From assembly GCA_964647125.1 (NCBI GenBank), contig CAZYFP010000001.1, positions 108,072 to 172,071 of the forward strand: a DNA stretch of 64,000 nt, read 5' to 3'. Shown one piece after another: positions 17,907 to 27,487 of this stretch. Each line of letters opens with the position of its first letter. Within the stretch, counting starts at the first letter, position 1. The position numbers and the translations under genes were made by a program. The stretch comes from an uncultured Candidatus Saccharibacteria bacterium. Its GTDB lineage: Bacteria > Patescibacteriota > Saccharimonadia > Saccharimonadales > UBA4665. Under the pieces are notes generated by a model. The model saw nothing but the letters and a program-made list of their open reading frames with translations, ran no database searches and was not told the origin of the DNA.

Positions 17907-19610
17907 ATGCTGCGCCGCTTACTTAATACTAAACACCTGGTGCCGGCGGCCGTCTTTTTTCTTTTCGTTGGCTACAACTTGACTGTTGTCGGCCCAGCCT
18001 ATTTATCCGACGAGGCTGCCTACCTGTCTAAGGCTGCTACTGTTGCGGGCAGCACAGTTCATCATTCGACAAGTTGGTTTGGTGGCTACTCTGTACTGAT
18101 TAGTCCAGCGTATCTGCTGTCGTCCAACATCTTCGTGCAGTGGCATATTGTCATGATTATTAACGCTCTGATGTGGGTCGTTACCACCTACTTGCTGCGC
18201 TATGTACTCCAGCAAACACATCCTAAGGCTAAGCGACTACATATTGAACTCGCAACACTTGGCGCAATACTGTATCCGGCGTGGTTATCAATGAGCGGCT
18301 ATGCGTTTTCAACCAGCGGGTTTGTACTAGTACTGCTGGCAGTATTTTCAGCCCTTGCTAAAAGCCGGCTAAAGAGTCTGCCTTGGCTATGCTTGGCTGG
18401 TCTTGCAGCCGGTTATCTGTACTGGATACATCCATTTGCGATATTGTTTGTCGGCCTGTTCGTTGTTCTGTTGCTGGCACTTGCCTGGTCACAAAAGCGG
18501 AAAGAGTTATTAGTAGTTCCACTCATTAGTGCGGGTATGGCTGTTTTGTACACAATTGCTGTGCAGCCATGGTTTGTGGAGCGAATGAAATCTAGCCTCG
18601 GTAGTGATGACCACTACAGTCGCGGGGTTCACTATGTTATATCAGCGTTTTCTTCGCCATCGGTGTGGGGAAGTATAGCCCTTGAGCTGCTAGGGTTGTT
18701 ATTTACGCTTATCATTGCGACATTTGGATTTGCAGTGTTTGCTGCAGTCCCAGTTTGGCAGCGGCTAGTAAAAGATCGCCGTAAATGTCGTACGCTGTTG
18801 CAGGATACGAGCTTTGTACTACAGCTACTCGCGGTACTCAGTGTCGTACTAATACTGGGTTTTGTTGCAGTGCTGTGGGGCACAAACGGCCACCGCAGGA
18901 TCGACCACTGGATTTACGAACGCTACACCGATATGTATATTTTGCCCCTGTTGGCGATGGGCTTGCTGGCGCGCTGGCGTTTGAAGTGGTCGGCATTTTT
19001 GGCAGGCCTGGTGCTGGCTATTGGTATCGTGTTGAGCCTTGTAACGAATCCGGCAAACACTTCATTTCGGTTTGTAAACAAGGTTGACTTGCAGGCGTTG
19101 TGGTCAATGCATGCAGCGTCTGCCGTGACGAGTACTATTGCCAACTATTGGCTGTGGGGGTTGATTGGTGCCATTGGTGTGCTATTCGTCGGGTTTGCGA
19201 CGGGAAAGCGGAAACGGTTACTCTGGCTGCTGGCTTTGCCAATAGCATTAAGTGCGGCGGGTAATTACAGATACCACCACGCCATTATTCGTGATCACTC
19301 AATGGTTACATCTCTTTACGACCAACTCAAGAATACCTACTCGCGGTCGGACTGTATTGGTTTCACGCCGCAAAAAAATAGCAGTGAGCGTTTTCAATTG
19401 TACGCGTACTACTTGCATGGCTATAACTTGCGACAAATGACCCTGCAACAGTGGCAGCAATCCTGTGCCGGGCCATACCTAACGTACCGACTACCGCCTC
19501 AAAGTAGTTTTAGCTATGACATTGTTGGCCGTGAAGAAATCAGCGGATTATATTTAATCACTAAGGCACTACCACGTCACAACACAGCCGTGCCACTTTT
19601 GTTCAAGTGA
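17907..19610 (+). CDS. polytopic membrane protein, probably a GT-C-fold glycosyltransferase
   Basis: 567 aa with more than 10 predicted TM segments. LSDEAAYLSKA follows the first TM, resembling the DE-x-x-Y loop motif of ArnT/PMT-type enzymes. Confidence 0.55.
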   Translation: MLRRLLNTKHLVPAAVFFLFVGYNLTVVGPAYLSDEAAYLSKAATVAGSTVHHSTSWFGGYSVLISPAYLLSSNIFVQWHIVMIINALMWVVTTYLLRYVLQQTHPKAKRLHIELATLGAILYPAWLSMSGYAFSTSGFVLVLLAVFSALAKSRLKSLPWLCLAGLAAGYLYWIHPFAILFVGLFVVLLLALAWSQKRKELLVVPLISAGMAVLYTIAVQPWFVERMKSSLGSDDHYSRGVHYVISAFSSPSVWGSIALELLGLLFTLIIATFGFAVFAAVPVWQRLVKDRRKCRTLLQDTSFVLQLLAVLSVVLILGFVAVLWGTNGHRRIDHWIYERYTDMYILPLLAMGLLARWRLKWSAFLAGLVLAIGIVLSLVTNPANTSFRFVNKVDLQALWSMHAASAVTSTIANYWLWGLIGAIGVLFVGFATGKRKRLLWLLALPIALSAAGNYRYHHAIIRDHSMVTSLYDQLKNTYSRSDCIGFTPQKNSSERFQLYAYYLHGYNLRQMTLQQWQQSCAGPYLTYRLPPQSSFSYDIVGREEISGLYLITKALPRHNTAVPLLFK

Positions 19611-19655
19611 TAGACATATTCGGTACGACTACGCCTTTCGCGATATACTAGCTGC

Positions 19656-21692
19656 ATGACTAGCGATACGGCATTGGTGGAACTAAAAGGGGTTGGGCCA
19701 GCCGTGGCTGCTAAATTTGGGCAGCTTGGACTAAAAACCATCGCCGACCTCATAGACTACTACCCCAGACGGTATGACGATTACTCGCAAGTAACACCGA
19801 TAGCCAAGCTGCAGCCCGGAGCGGTAACAATTCAAGCGGTTATCAAGCAGGCCAGTGGCCGCTATGTGCGCCGCGGCATGCATATAACAGAAGCCGTGGC
19901 ATCTGATGATACGAGTAGTGTGCGGCTGATTTGGTTCAATCAGCCGTATCGTGCAGCCACCCTCAAAACCGGACAGTCCTACTACATATCTGGTCAATTT
20001 GAACTAAGCCATCAGCGCTTCCAGATTATGAGTCCATCAGTGGAGCTGGTCAGTGATTTTCCGATCAATACTGCTAGAGTTATCCCAATTTACCGCGAAA
20101 CAAAAGGTCTAAATAGTCGTCAGATACGAGCCGCACTCAAGCAAGTTATGCAGCAAATTGATTTGTTGGCGGAGTCGTTACCAGCCTGGCTTATCACGCA
20201 GCAGAAACTCATGTCTCGAGCAGAAGCTATTCGCGCTATTCATTTCCCAGAATCGAGTGAGCAGTTAGCAGCAGCGCGTCACAGATTGGGCTTTGAAGAG
20301 GTATTCCAACTCAGCCTAGCCGCCCTTATGAATAAGCGTGAAGTTGCTGGTGAGCAAGCACCTTCGGTGCCATTCAAAGAATCTGTCGCCAAGAATTTTG
20401 TGAGCAATTTGCCGTTTAAACTCACAAATGCACAGCGCAAAGTAGTTTGGCAAATATACAAAGACATTGAAAAGACGCAGCCTATGAACCGGCTAGTCGA
20501 AGGCGACGTTGGTTCTGGCAAAACAGTGGTTGCTGCCATGGCAGCTATGATGGTGCTAGAACAGGGTCATCAGGTGGCACTTATGGCTCCAACTGAAATA
20601 CTGGCTCGTCAACACGCCAATACGATTCAAAACTTATTAACGCCACTTGGCTATGGTGACAAGGTAGGTCTGCTCGTTGGTAGTATGAAGCCCGCCCAAA
20701 AAGCACAAGCCCATGCTGCTATAGCCGCGGGCAAACTCCAATTCATCGTGGGTACCCACGCGCTCATACAAGATAAAGTTGATCTCCAGAATCTAGAGCT
20801 GATCATTATTGATGAGCAGCATCGTTTCGGTGTAGAACAGCGCAAAAGCTTAATGGCCAAAGCGGGACACATGCCACATGTGTTGAACTTGACGGCTACG
20901 CCTATTCCTCGCAGTCTGGCATTAACGCTGTATGGCGAGCTGGATGTCTCTATTTTGGACGAAAAACCACCCGGTCGCCAGGAGATTGTCACGGAAATTG
21001 CGTCGCCAAATTCACGCAAACAGCTGTATGCCAAGCTAGACGAAGCAATTGACGCTGGCCGCCAGCTGTTCGTGGTATGTCCGCTTGTTACGGAGTCTGA
21101 AGTCTTGCAAGCCAGCTCGGCCGAAACCATGTATGAAACTCTCAAAAAGGGAGTCTTCAAGCATCGTCGAGTCGGGCTGCTACACGGCCAAATGAAAAGC
21201 GATGCCAAGCAGGTAGTTATGCAGCAGTTCGTAAGCCACGAGCTAGATATCTTGGTGGCCACAACAGTGATAGAAGTTGGCGTAGATGTGCCAAATGCCA
21301 GCATGATGCTCATCGAAAACGCCGATCGCTTTGGCCTGAGTCAGCTGCATCAATTACGGGGTAGAATTGGCCGTGGTGAGCATCAGAGCAGCTGTTACCT
21401 CATGATGAGCGATAGCTCGGCCCCAAACCAACGTCTCCGCGCCATGGAGCGTATAACCGACGGCTTTAAGTTGGCCGAGTTGGATCTGGAATTACGTGGG
21501 CCTGGCGCTATCTACGGCACGATGCAGCATGGTGCGCTTGATCTGCGCATTGCAAATCTATCAGATATTTCATTAATTCGTGCTGCTCGGCAGTCAGCCG
21601 ATGAATTCCTAAGTACCGGCGAAAATTTGGTACAATACAAGGAATTGAATAAGCACATAACCCGGCTAAGAGCCGTCACAAACTTAAACTAA
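19656..21692 (+). CDS. recG: ATP-dependent DNA helicase RecG
   Basis: N-terminal wedge region, helicase motifs GDVGSGKTVVA, DEQHRFGV, TATPIPRS and QLRGRIGRG. Confidence 0.93.
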   Translation: MTSDTALVELKGVGPAVAAKFGQLGLKTIADLIDYYPRRYDDYSQVTPIAKLQPGAVTIQAVIKQASGRYVRRGMHITEAVASDDTSSVRLIWFNQPYRAATLKTGQSYYISGQFELSHQRFQIMSPSVELVSDFPINTARVIPIYRETKGLNSRQIRAALKQVMQQIDLLAESLPAWLITQQKLMSRAEAIRAIHFPESSEQLAAARHRLGFEEVFQLSLAALMNKREVAGEQAPSVPFKESVAKNFVSNLPFKLTNAQRKVVWQIYKDIEKTQPMNRLVEGDVGSGKTVVAAMAAMMVLEQGHQVALMAPTEILARQHANTIQNLLTPLGYGDKVGLLVGSMKPAQKAQAHAAIAAGKLQFIVGTHALIQDKVDLQNLELIIIDEQHRFGVEQRKSLMAKAGHMPHVLNLTATPIPRSLALTLYGELDVSILDEKPPGRQEIVTEIASPNSRKQLYAKLDEAIDAGRQLFVVCPLVTESEVLQASSAETMYETLKKGVFKHRRVGLLHGQMKSDAKQVVMQQFVSHELDILVATTVIEVGVDVPNASMMLIENADRFGLSQLHQLRGRIGRGEHQSSCYLMMSDSSAPNQRLRAMERITDGFKLAELDLELRGPGAIYGTMQHGALDLRIANLSDISLIRAARQSADEFLSTGENLVQYKELNKHITRLRAVTNLN

Positions 21693-21694
21693 CC

Positions 21695-22510
21695 ATGTAT
21701 TCTGGATCTACTTTTACGACATTTTCGGGGCGTATTTTGGGCGCTCATCAAAAGATTGATCGCGTTGCCAGGCGGCATGTGCGGGCATTGGCTCCAGGAG
21801 CGTATTTTCCGGGTATTCAGCGTATTTTGCACTTCGAAGGCGGCAATGGGCCAGATGCTATCAAACGTAAAAGTCCGGCCAAAGATGAGCCGTGGCACTA
21901 TTTCAAGCCGTTTGATCTGGAAGATACCGATCTACTAGAGCAGATCAGTAACCACTACGAACTGCTTACTAAGAGTTTAGCTAAACACGACGAAATTCGG
22001 GCTGGCTTTGAGGCCGCCTGGCTAGCGCATGCCATTGTCGACGGTCTTACTCCCGCACATCACTTCCCCTACGAAGAGACGCTGATCGAATTGCGTGGTG
22101 GTGAAGGTATTGAAAGTCGGACTACTATCAAAGAAAAACTAGTAATGCCCGGTGATACAAAACGTGAGCAAGTGGCAAACAATTGGAAAATGTGGGGGCC
22201 CGGTGGGCTTATGACTTCGCATGGCACGTTTGAGTGGGGAGTGGCTACGGCTATCGTGCCGCTTCGCTTCAAACTAGCACTGCCAACTGACGAAGAAATA
22301 GAGAAATTTAGGTCGCAAACTATTGCTGAATGGTACCGTGAGACGGCCCAAGAAATAGTAGCGCTGGGGTTATATGATCGATTTTTGAAAACTGGTTGGA
22401 CTATTCCATTAACCAAAGCGGTACGTAAGCAGTTAGCTCCACGTATTGTGAGAGCCGTTACACTCGCATGGTATGGGGCATTGTATGAATCGCGTAGGGG
22501 TAAAGCATGA
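21695..22510 (+). CDS. hypothetical protein, possibly phospholipase C/P1-nuclease-like zinc hydrolase fold
   Basis: 271 aa with His/Asp-rich motifs (EPWHYFKPFD; AHAIVDGLTPAHH) reminiscent of that superfamily. It is tightly coupled to recG upstream and overlaps rsmD (ATGA). Confidence 0.5.
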   Translation: MYSGSTFTTFSGRILGAHQKIDRVARRHVRALAPGAYFPGIQRILHFEGGNGPDAIKRKSPAKDEPWHYFKPFDLEDTDLLEQISNHYELLTKSLAKHDEIRAGFEAAWLAHAIVDGLTPAHHFPYEETLIELRGGEGIESRTTIKEKLVMPGDTKREQVANNWKMWGPGGLMTSHGTFEWGVATAIVPLRFKLALPTDEEIEKFRSQTIAEWYRETAQEIVALGLYDRFLKTGWTIPLTKAVRKQLAPRIVRAVTLAWYGALYESRRGKA

Positions 22511-23040
22511 GAATTATTGCTGGCTGGCTCAAAGGTTTAACATTTGAGTCCCCGTCAGGTCACCGGACTCATCCCATGAGTGACAAAATCCGTGGTGCGT
22601 TATTTAACGCCATGGGTGACTTGCAGGGCCTAACGGTACTTGATGCCTTTGCCGGCAGTGGCGCACTAAGTTTTGAAGCGATTAGTCGTGGTGCTAAATC
22701 TACGCTCGCACTGGAGCTAGACAAGGATGCCTTCCGAACTATCTCCAACAATATCCAGCACCTAGGCATACAAGAGCAAGCTAAAGTGTTACGCAAAAAT
22801 GTCAAAGGCTGGTCGCGTAGTAATCAGCATTTGCAATTTGATATTGTGTTAGCCGATCCACCGTATGACGACATCAGACCTGATCTGTTACAGAATTTGG
22901 TACAGCAGGTAAAACAGGGTGGTTTGATGGTCATTTCTTGGCCCGGTAAAGAGCCAACACGGGTGTTCGATGGGCTCACTCAGCTCAGCGCTAATACATA
23001 CGGAGATGCACAGCTAGTTTTTTACCGCCGAATTCGGTAA
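22507..23040 (+). CDS. rsmD: 16S rRNA (guanine966-N2)-methyltransferase RsmD
   Basis: RIIAGWLKG...P.G..THPMSDKIRGALFN, SAM motif VLDAFAGSGALSFEAISRGA, and the catalytic ADPPY. Confidence 0.88.
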   Translation: MRIIAGWLKGLTFESPSGHRTHPMSDKIRGALFNAMGDLQGLTVLDAFAGSGALSFEAISRGAKSTLALELDKDAFRTISNNIQHLGIQEQAKVLRKNVKGWSRSNQHLQFDIVLADPPYDDIRPDLLQNLVQQVKQGGLMVISWPGKEPTRVFDGLTQLSANTYGDAQLVFYRRIR

Positions 23041-23180
23041 AATAGCTCTGTTCACCCAAAACCAAAATCCTAATCCAAGGAGCCAAAGGCGACTACATAG
23101 GATTTTGCGAGGAGCAATCTAGCCGCAGGTCGAAACTTTTACTGAAAAGCAAAACGACACAACGGCATCAATTGCGACAA

Positions 23181-23265
23181 GCGGATGTGGTGGAATTGGT
23201 AGACACGCTGGTTTTAGGAGCCAGTGCCGAAAGGCGTGAAGGTTCAAGTCCTTTCATCCGCACCA
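23181..23265 (+). tRNA. tRNA-Leu (anticodon UAG), class II with long variable arm, CCA encoded
   Basis: Manual fold: acceptor GCGGATG/CATCCGC, anticodon stem CTGGT/GCCAG with loop TT-TAG-GA, variable arm GCC-GAAA-GGC, T-loop TTCAAGT, and 3' ACCA. Confidence 0.9.
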
Positions 23266-23267
23266 TA

Positions 23268-23300
23268 GAAAATGCCCGTCACCTGATGGGCATTTTCTAT
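23268..23300 (+). terminator. hairpin terminator after tRNA-Leu
   Basis: GAAAATGCCC-N10-GGGCATTTTC. Confidence 0.6.
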
Positions 23301-23342
23301 ATAGAGGATTAATCTCGATTTGACTGAATCTCTTGTACAATA

Positions 23343-23933
23343 GTGGCGATGAAGATTCATGACGTTATATATGTTCCCGGCATTGGTGACGACCCCAGAG
23401 GGCTGCAAGAAAAGCTTATACAGACATGGAAAATCTTTGGCGCCCGGCCGCATAGGTTTGAACTGCCGTGGGACGGACAACAGTCATTTGACTCAAAATT
23501 AGCCCACTTATTGAGTTATATTGATGGGCTTACACAGCAGGGGCACCGGGTGTCACTAGTTGGAGCAAGTGCAGGTGCTGGAGCGGTTATTAATGCCTTT
23601 GCGGCTCGACCAGACACGGTATCTGGAGTCATCTGTATCGCCGGCAAAGTTAACCATCCACAGACGATTGGCTCGGCATACCGCAAGCGTAGTGCTGCTT
23701 TTCACGAGTCTGCGGTTTTGGTCAAAGGTTCATTGGCTCAACTTGATGAACTGAAGAAGCTAGCAGCAATCCAGTCCAGATATGCACTACTCGACCCAAT
23801 TGTTTTACGTCGGGACAGCATCGTAAAGGGCGCGACCAATGTGACCGTGCCGACGATTGGTCACGCCACCACCATCGCCACTCAGTTAGTTTTTGGTGCA
23901 CCGTTTTATCTCAAATTCCTAAAAGAACTGTAG
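23343..23933 (+). CDS. alpha/beta-hydrolase-fold protein (likely start ATG 23349)
   Basis: VIYVPGIGDD and the nucleophile elbow LVGASAGAG (GxSxG). TACAAT lies 7 nt upstream of ATG 23349. Confidence 0.65.
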   Translation: MAMKIHDVIYVPGIGDDPRGLQEKLIQTWKIFGARPHRFELPWDGQQSFDSKLAHLLSYIDGLTQQGHRVSLVGASAGAGAVINAFAARPDTVSGVICIAGKVNHPQTIGSAYRKRSAAFHESAVLVKGSLAQLDELKKLAAIQSRYALLDPIVLRRDSIVKGATNVTVPTIGHATTIATQLVFGAPFYLKFLKEL

Positions 23934-24057
23934 TCTACTACTTGCAACATGCTCATAAATAGTATATCGTAAGAGACATGTTTGCTAAGCCTAACCAACC
24001 CCATGTACATACAGTGCCGGAGCATGTCGGTTAGTTAGCTTTTCTCTGAAAACCAAT

Positions 24058-24089
24058 AACGCCAGACACGCTCTGGCGTTTTTATTTTG
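24058..24089 (+). terminator. rho-independent terminator
   Basis: AACGCCAGA-CACGC-TCTGGCGTT followed by TTTATTTT. Confidence 0.75.
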
Positions 24090-24162
24090 TAAACAATGTA
24101 AATTAGGAAACATATTATGAACACCAAAGAACAAATTAGATTACTGCTATCAGAAGAAACCA

Positions 24163-24804
24163 GTGGAAAACCTAAAGGCGGTCAACAGCTGGACTGTCTT
24201 CATCGACTACGCAGCGCAGAAAAATAAACTAAGGCTTTTCGTGCCATGGGCAGCGCCCCCAGATGGACGTATTGAGCTGGGTGCAGAAGTATCAACCATT
24301 GAATGGCTTATGGGCAAGCAAGGGCTTGCTTCCAAGCTTGGCCAATTGATTGCAGTAGAAACGATTGTCATGCCAGCAGATAGCTATGTCAGGCGGAATG
24401 GTTTCGATATGCAAAATGTGGCCGCGTACTGGCAACGCGTTCAAGCTCAATTGCTGTCAAGGTCCGAAGTTGTATTTGTCGAATCTTCGCGCATCGAGGC
24501 ATGCGGGATCATGAAGCAGTACATGGCTCAAGAGTCATATGCTTTGGAGCGACTCAATCCTGGAACACAGCAAAAAGTTATCGCCGCAGCTGCTAAGTAT
24601 ACTAATCAAAGTGGTGAAGAGGCGTATATGAGTGCGGCGGATTACGCAATGCGTCGGGCAGCAGAGGCTCGTTTTGTACAATACGACTTCCAGGCATTGT
24701 GGGTGAGCCTTAACTGGCCTGAGCGTGATGCTATGTGCGGAGCAACGCCACGTGTATACGTTCCAGAAGAGCTTAGAACGCCATGGTTACAAGGAGGACT
24801 GTAA
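24163..24804 (+). CDS. hypothetical protein (213 aa, GTG start in the ORF track; N-terminus uncertain)
   Basis: Long ORF with no recognisable motif. Its stop TAA overlaps the ATG of the next gene (TAATG). A well-placed RBS plus ATG at 24117 is in a different frame. Confidence 0.55.
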   Translation: MENLKAVNSWTVFIDYAAQKNKLRLFVPWAAPPDGRIELGAEVSTIEWLMGKQGLASKLGQLIAVETIVMPADSYVRRNGFDMQNVAAYWQRVQAQLLSRSEVVFVESSRIEACGIMKQYMAQESYALERLNPGTQQKVIAAAAKYTNQSGEEAYMSAADYAMRRAAEARFVQYDFQALWVSLNWPERDAMCGATPRVYVPEELRTPWLQGGL

Positions 24805-25715
24805 TGATCGAGAGACAATTGCGGGATATCATTTGCCGCTCCATAGACATGCACGTTCACGTTGGCCCAGAAGTAATTCCTCGACGTTATGATCCGACAA
24901 CTCTGCGCATGTCAGAAACAGGGCTACTCGCGGGAGCTGTTCTAAAAAACCACTTCTACTCAACGGTCCCGGCTGTCAATGAGTCACAAGCCTTCGCAGA
25001 ATATGGTGCCGTTGTGTTGAACTGGGCGATGGGTGGACTAAACGCAGAGGCTGTGAGGGCGGCTGGCTATATTGCCAAACGTCGTTTTGTAGTGTGGCTG
25101 CCAACTATTAACGCAGCTAATTTTTTGGCAAAATCAGAATACGAATTAGCCCCGGAGTGGTGCTCTGGCCAGAACATCCAACCACGAAAGGCAGCTGACG
25201 TGCAAGGTATCTCTGTCCTTGATGAGAATGGTCGCCTAACCGAGGCAGCGAAAGATGTTGCGCTTGCGGTTTCGGAGACAGGTGCGATACTCGCGACAGG
25301 ACACATCTCTGAAAAAGAAAGTATCGCCATGGCGGATTTTGCGCTCGATTGCGGTGTTTCGGCAGTTATTGTCACTCACCCGGTATATCAGCGAATTGCA
25401 ATACCGCTTGCCTCGCAACGTAGATTGGCAGCAAAAGGATGCTACATGGAGGTCTGCTATTCCATGTTTAGTATCGATGGAATATCAATAAAACGTTTAT
25501 CTACGCAGATCAGAAATGTTGGACCAGATCGCACAATTCTAAGTTCGGATGTGGGCCAGCTTAAAAGCGTCTCGCCCAGTGAAGCCTTGCTAATATTTTG
25601 TATGCTGCTTGTAAAAGAAGGAATTCCTGTAAAATGGATTGAGACGATGCTAGTAACTAACCCAAGAAACATCCTGGAAGGAAGTGACAATGGCACTATC
25701 AACACAACCATATAA
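24804..25715 (+). CDS. amidohydrolase-fold (TIM-barrel metal-dependent hydrolase-like) protein
   Basis: N-terminal IDMHVHVGPE (D-x-H-x-H metal motif) with later ATGH and VTHP His motifs. AGGAGG lies 8 nt upstream of ATG 24804; the ORF track starts the frame at 24783. Confidence 0.65.
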   Translation: MIERQLRDIICRSIDMHVHVGPEVIPRRYDPTTLRMSETGLLAGAVLKNHFYSTVPAVNESQAFAEYGAVVLNWAMGGLNAEAVRAAGYIAKRRFVVWLPTINAANFLAKSEYELAPEWCSGQNIQPRKAADVQGISVLDENGRLTEAAKDVALAVSETGAILATGHISEKESIAMADFALDCGVSAVIVTHPVYQRIAIPLASQRRLAAKGCYMEVCYSMFSIDGISIKRLSTQIRNVGPDRTILSSDVGQLKSVSPSEALLIFCMLLVKEGIPVKWIETMLVTNPRNILEGSDNGTINTTI

Positions 25716-27003
25716 GGGCGCGCGGGATTTTTACCCCGAAGATAAGCGCCTGCAAAAATACATGTTCGGCAAAATCCGCGATGTTGTGGAGCGTTTTGGG
25801 TACGAAGAATATGATGCTCCTATCATCGAGCCACTTGAGCTGTATCTTGCTAAAACTGGTGAGGAAATCGTCAATGAGCAGACCTACAGCTTTGAAGATC
25901 GCGGCGGCCGTAAAGTAGTTATCCGTCCAGAAATGACGCCAACAGTGAGCCGAATGGTAGCTGCCAAGCGTAACGAGTTGTCATACCCGCTGCGTTGGTA
26001 CAGTATTCCAAACTTATGGCGGTACGAGCGCCCGCAAAAAGGACGTCTGCGAGAGCACTGGCAACTTAACGTCGATATTTTTGGTGTTGCTAGCACCCAG
26101 GCAGAGCACGAAATTATACTGGTGGTTGATCAGATATTGCAGTCATTCGGCGCCAAGCGCAATATGTACGCCATTAAGCTTAATAGCCGAAAATTCATGG
26201 ATTACGTACTTAGCCAGTACATTGATTTCGACGAAGTGCAGCGCCTAAGTGTGGCAAAGCTGATCGACCGCATGCACAAGATGGACATAGCGACATTTGT
26301 AACACAATTAGACGGGTTGTGTACGCAGGCTCAGCGAGATGCCGGTGTGGTGGAGCGTCTGCAGCAAGTGCTGGCGACCAAGCAGCTCGGTGACTTACCA
26401 GCAGAACTGCAGGCGGTACCGGAGATAAGCGATCTACAGGCATTGTTGTCACAATTGCAGGATTCTGGTGTAGCAAATGCCGAGTTTGATATTACTATCA
26501 TGCGCGGTTTTGACTACTACACGGACATCGTGTTTGAAGTGAATGACACTAACCCAGAAAATAATCGTTCTATGATGGGCGGTGGCCGCTACGACGGTCT
26601 AGTCGGGCTCTTTGGTGTTGAGCCGGTGCCAACCGTAGGTTTTGGCTTTGGTGATGTCACCTTGGCGGAGTTTTTGAAGGGGCACGAGTTACTCCCAGCT
26701 TTGCAGCCAGAAACCCAAGTCTATGTGGCACTGGCCGGTGACTTGGTAACGGCTGCACAACCATTGGTGAAATTATTACGTGAGGCCGGCGTGGCCGTTG
26801 CTCTAGATATAACGGGGCGTGCACTGGACAAGCAATTTAAGACCGCCGACAAGAAAAACATCCCGTACGTCCTGGTTATTGGTCAAAAAGAGTTGGAAAG
26901 TCAGCAATTTACGCTAAAAAATCTCAAAACTGGTGAAGAAACTACGCACAGCATTGAACGCATTGCATCAATGGTTCAAGACCGCCGTAACGAAGAGGAA
27001 TAG
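25690..27003 (+). CDS. hisS: histidine--tRNA ligase
   Basis: KGARDFYPED, class II motif 2 YSIPNLWRYERPQKGRLREHWQ, GGGRYDGL, and an anticodon-binding C-terminus. The ORF track starts at GTG 25684; ATG 25690 has a GGAAGGAAG RBS. Confidence 0.92.
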   Translation: MALSTQPYKGARDFYPEDKRLQKYMFGKIRDVVERFGYEEYDAPIIEPLELYLAKTGEEIVNEQTYSFEDRGGRKVVIRPEMTPTVSRMVAAKRNELSYPLRWYSIPNLWRYERPQKGRLREHWQLNVDIFGVASTQAEHEIILVVDQILQSFGAKRNMYAIKLNSRKFMDYVLSQYIDFDEVQRLSVAKLIDRMHKMDIATFVTQLDGLCTQAQRDAGVVERLQQVLATKQLGDLPAELQAVPEISDLQALLSQLQDSGVANAEFDITIMRGFDYYTDIVFEVNDTNPENNRSMMGGGRYDGLVGLFGVEPVPTVGFGFGDVTLAEFLKGHELLPALQPETQVYVALAGDLVTAAQPLVKLLREAGVAVALDITGRALDKQFKTADKKNIPYVLVIGQKELESQQFTLKNLKTGEETTHSIERIASMVQDRRNEEE

Positions 27004-27006
27004 GTC

Positions 27007-27453
27007 GTGATTGCGACAAACCATGCGCTCACTGGTGCGTTAATTGGTCTGACGGTACATAATCCACTAATAGCTTTGCCAGCGGCAATAGCCTCGCATC
27101 TCATTTGTGACGCTATTCCGCACTATGGCCGTCAGGCAGAAGATGCCATTACGACCAGAGGCTTTGCTATATACCTTGTAGTTGACGCCTTTTTCTGCGG
27201 TGTACTTGTACTGGTTTTGGCGCTGAGTAATGCGGCCTATTGGCCGCTAGCTGCTGTCTGTGCATTTTTGGCCGCTTCGCCAGATTTTCTGTCGATACCA
27301 AAATTTGTGGCAGCCCGCCGCGGGCAGATTTTTACCCCAAATCAGCTTGAAACGTTTCTAAAAAACATCCAATGGTTTGAGCGCCCTATCGGTGCGTTTG
27401 TCGAAGCAGCCTGGCTTGTCGGTGCTGTTGCGTTGCTGTCAGTAATTATCTAG
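27007..27453 (+). CDS. small polytopic membrane protein, YdjM/DUF457-like (membrane-bound metal-dependent hydrolase family)
   Basis: 148 aa, GTG start, NHALTGALIG...ASHLICDAIPH pattern, and 3-4 TM segments. Confidence 0.5.
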   Translation: MIATNHALTGALIGLTVHNPLIALPAAIASHLICDAIPHYGRQAEDAITTRGFAIYLVVDAFFCGVLVLVLALSNAAYWPLAAVCAFLAASPDFLSIPKFVAARRGQIFTPNQLETFLKNIQWFERPIGAFVEAAWLVGAVALLSVII

Positions 27454-27487
27454 CAAAAACGTATCTCATCTGTTAGACTAGGCAACT

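Noticed and set aside
20651-21313. Long antisense ORFs in the six-frame track (for example 20651..21313 -, 28309..28893 -, 50635..51006 -, 51305..51871 -, 54484..55044 -, 54747..55202 -, 63444..63920 -).
   Set aside because: Each lies entirely opposite a confidently identified conserved gene (recG, tig, rpsC/rplP, rpmC/rpsQ, rplR/rpsE, trpS). Each has Ser/Arg/Cys-rich shadow-frame composition and no start signals, so I treat them as non-coding shadows.
23319-23331. Exact 13-mer TTTGACTGAATCT found twice (23319-23331 and 61721-61733). Both copies lie just after a terminator and about 10 nt before a TAnnnT hexamer.
   Set aside because: A rough estimate gives tens of chance 13-mer matches in a 64 kb window. 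In addition, the 10 nt distance to the -10 hexamer is too short for TTGACT to act as a -35 box. The shared context is noted but is not enough to call a motif.
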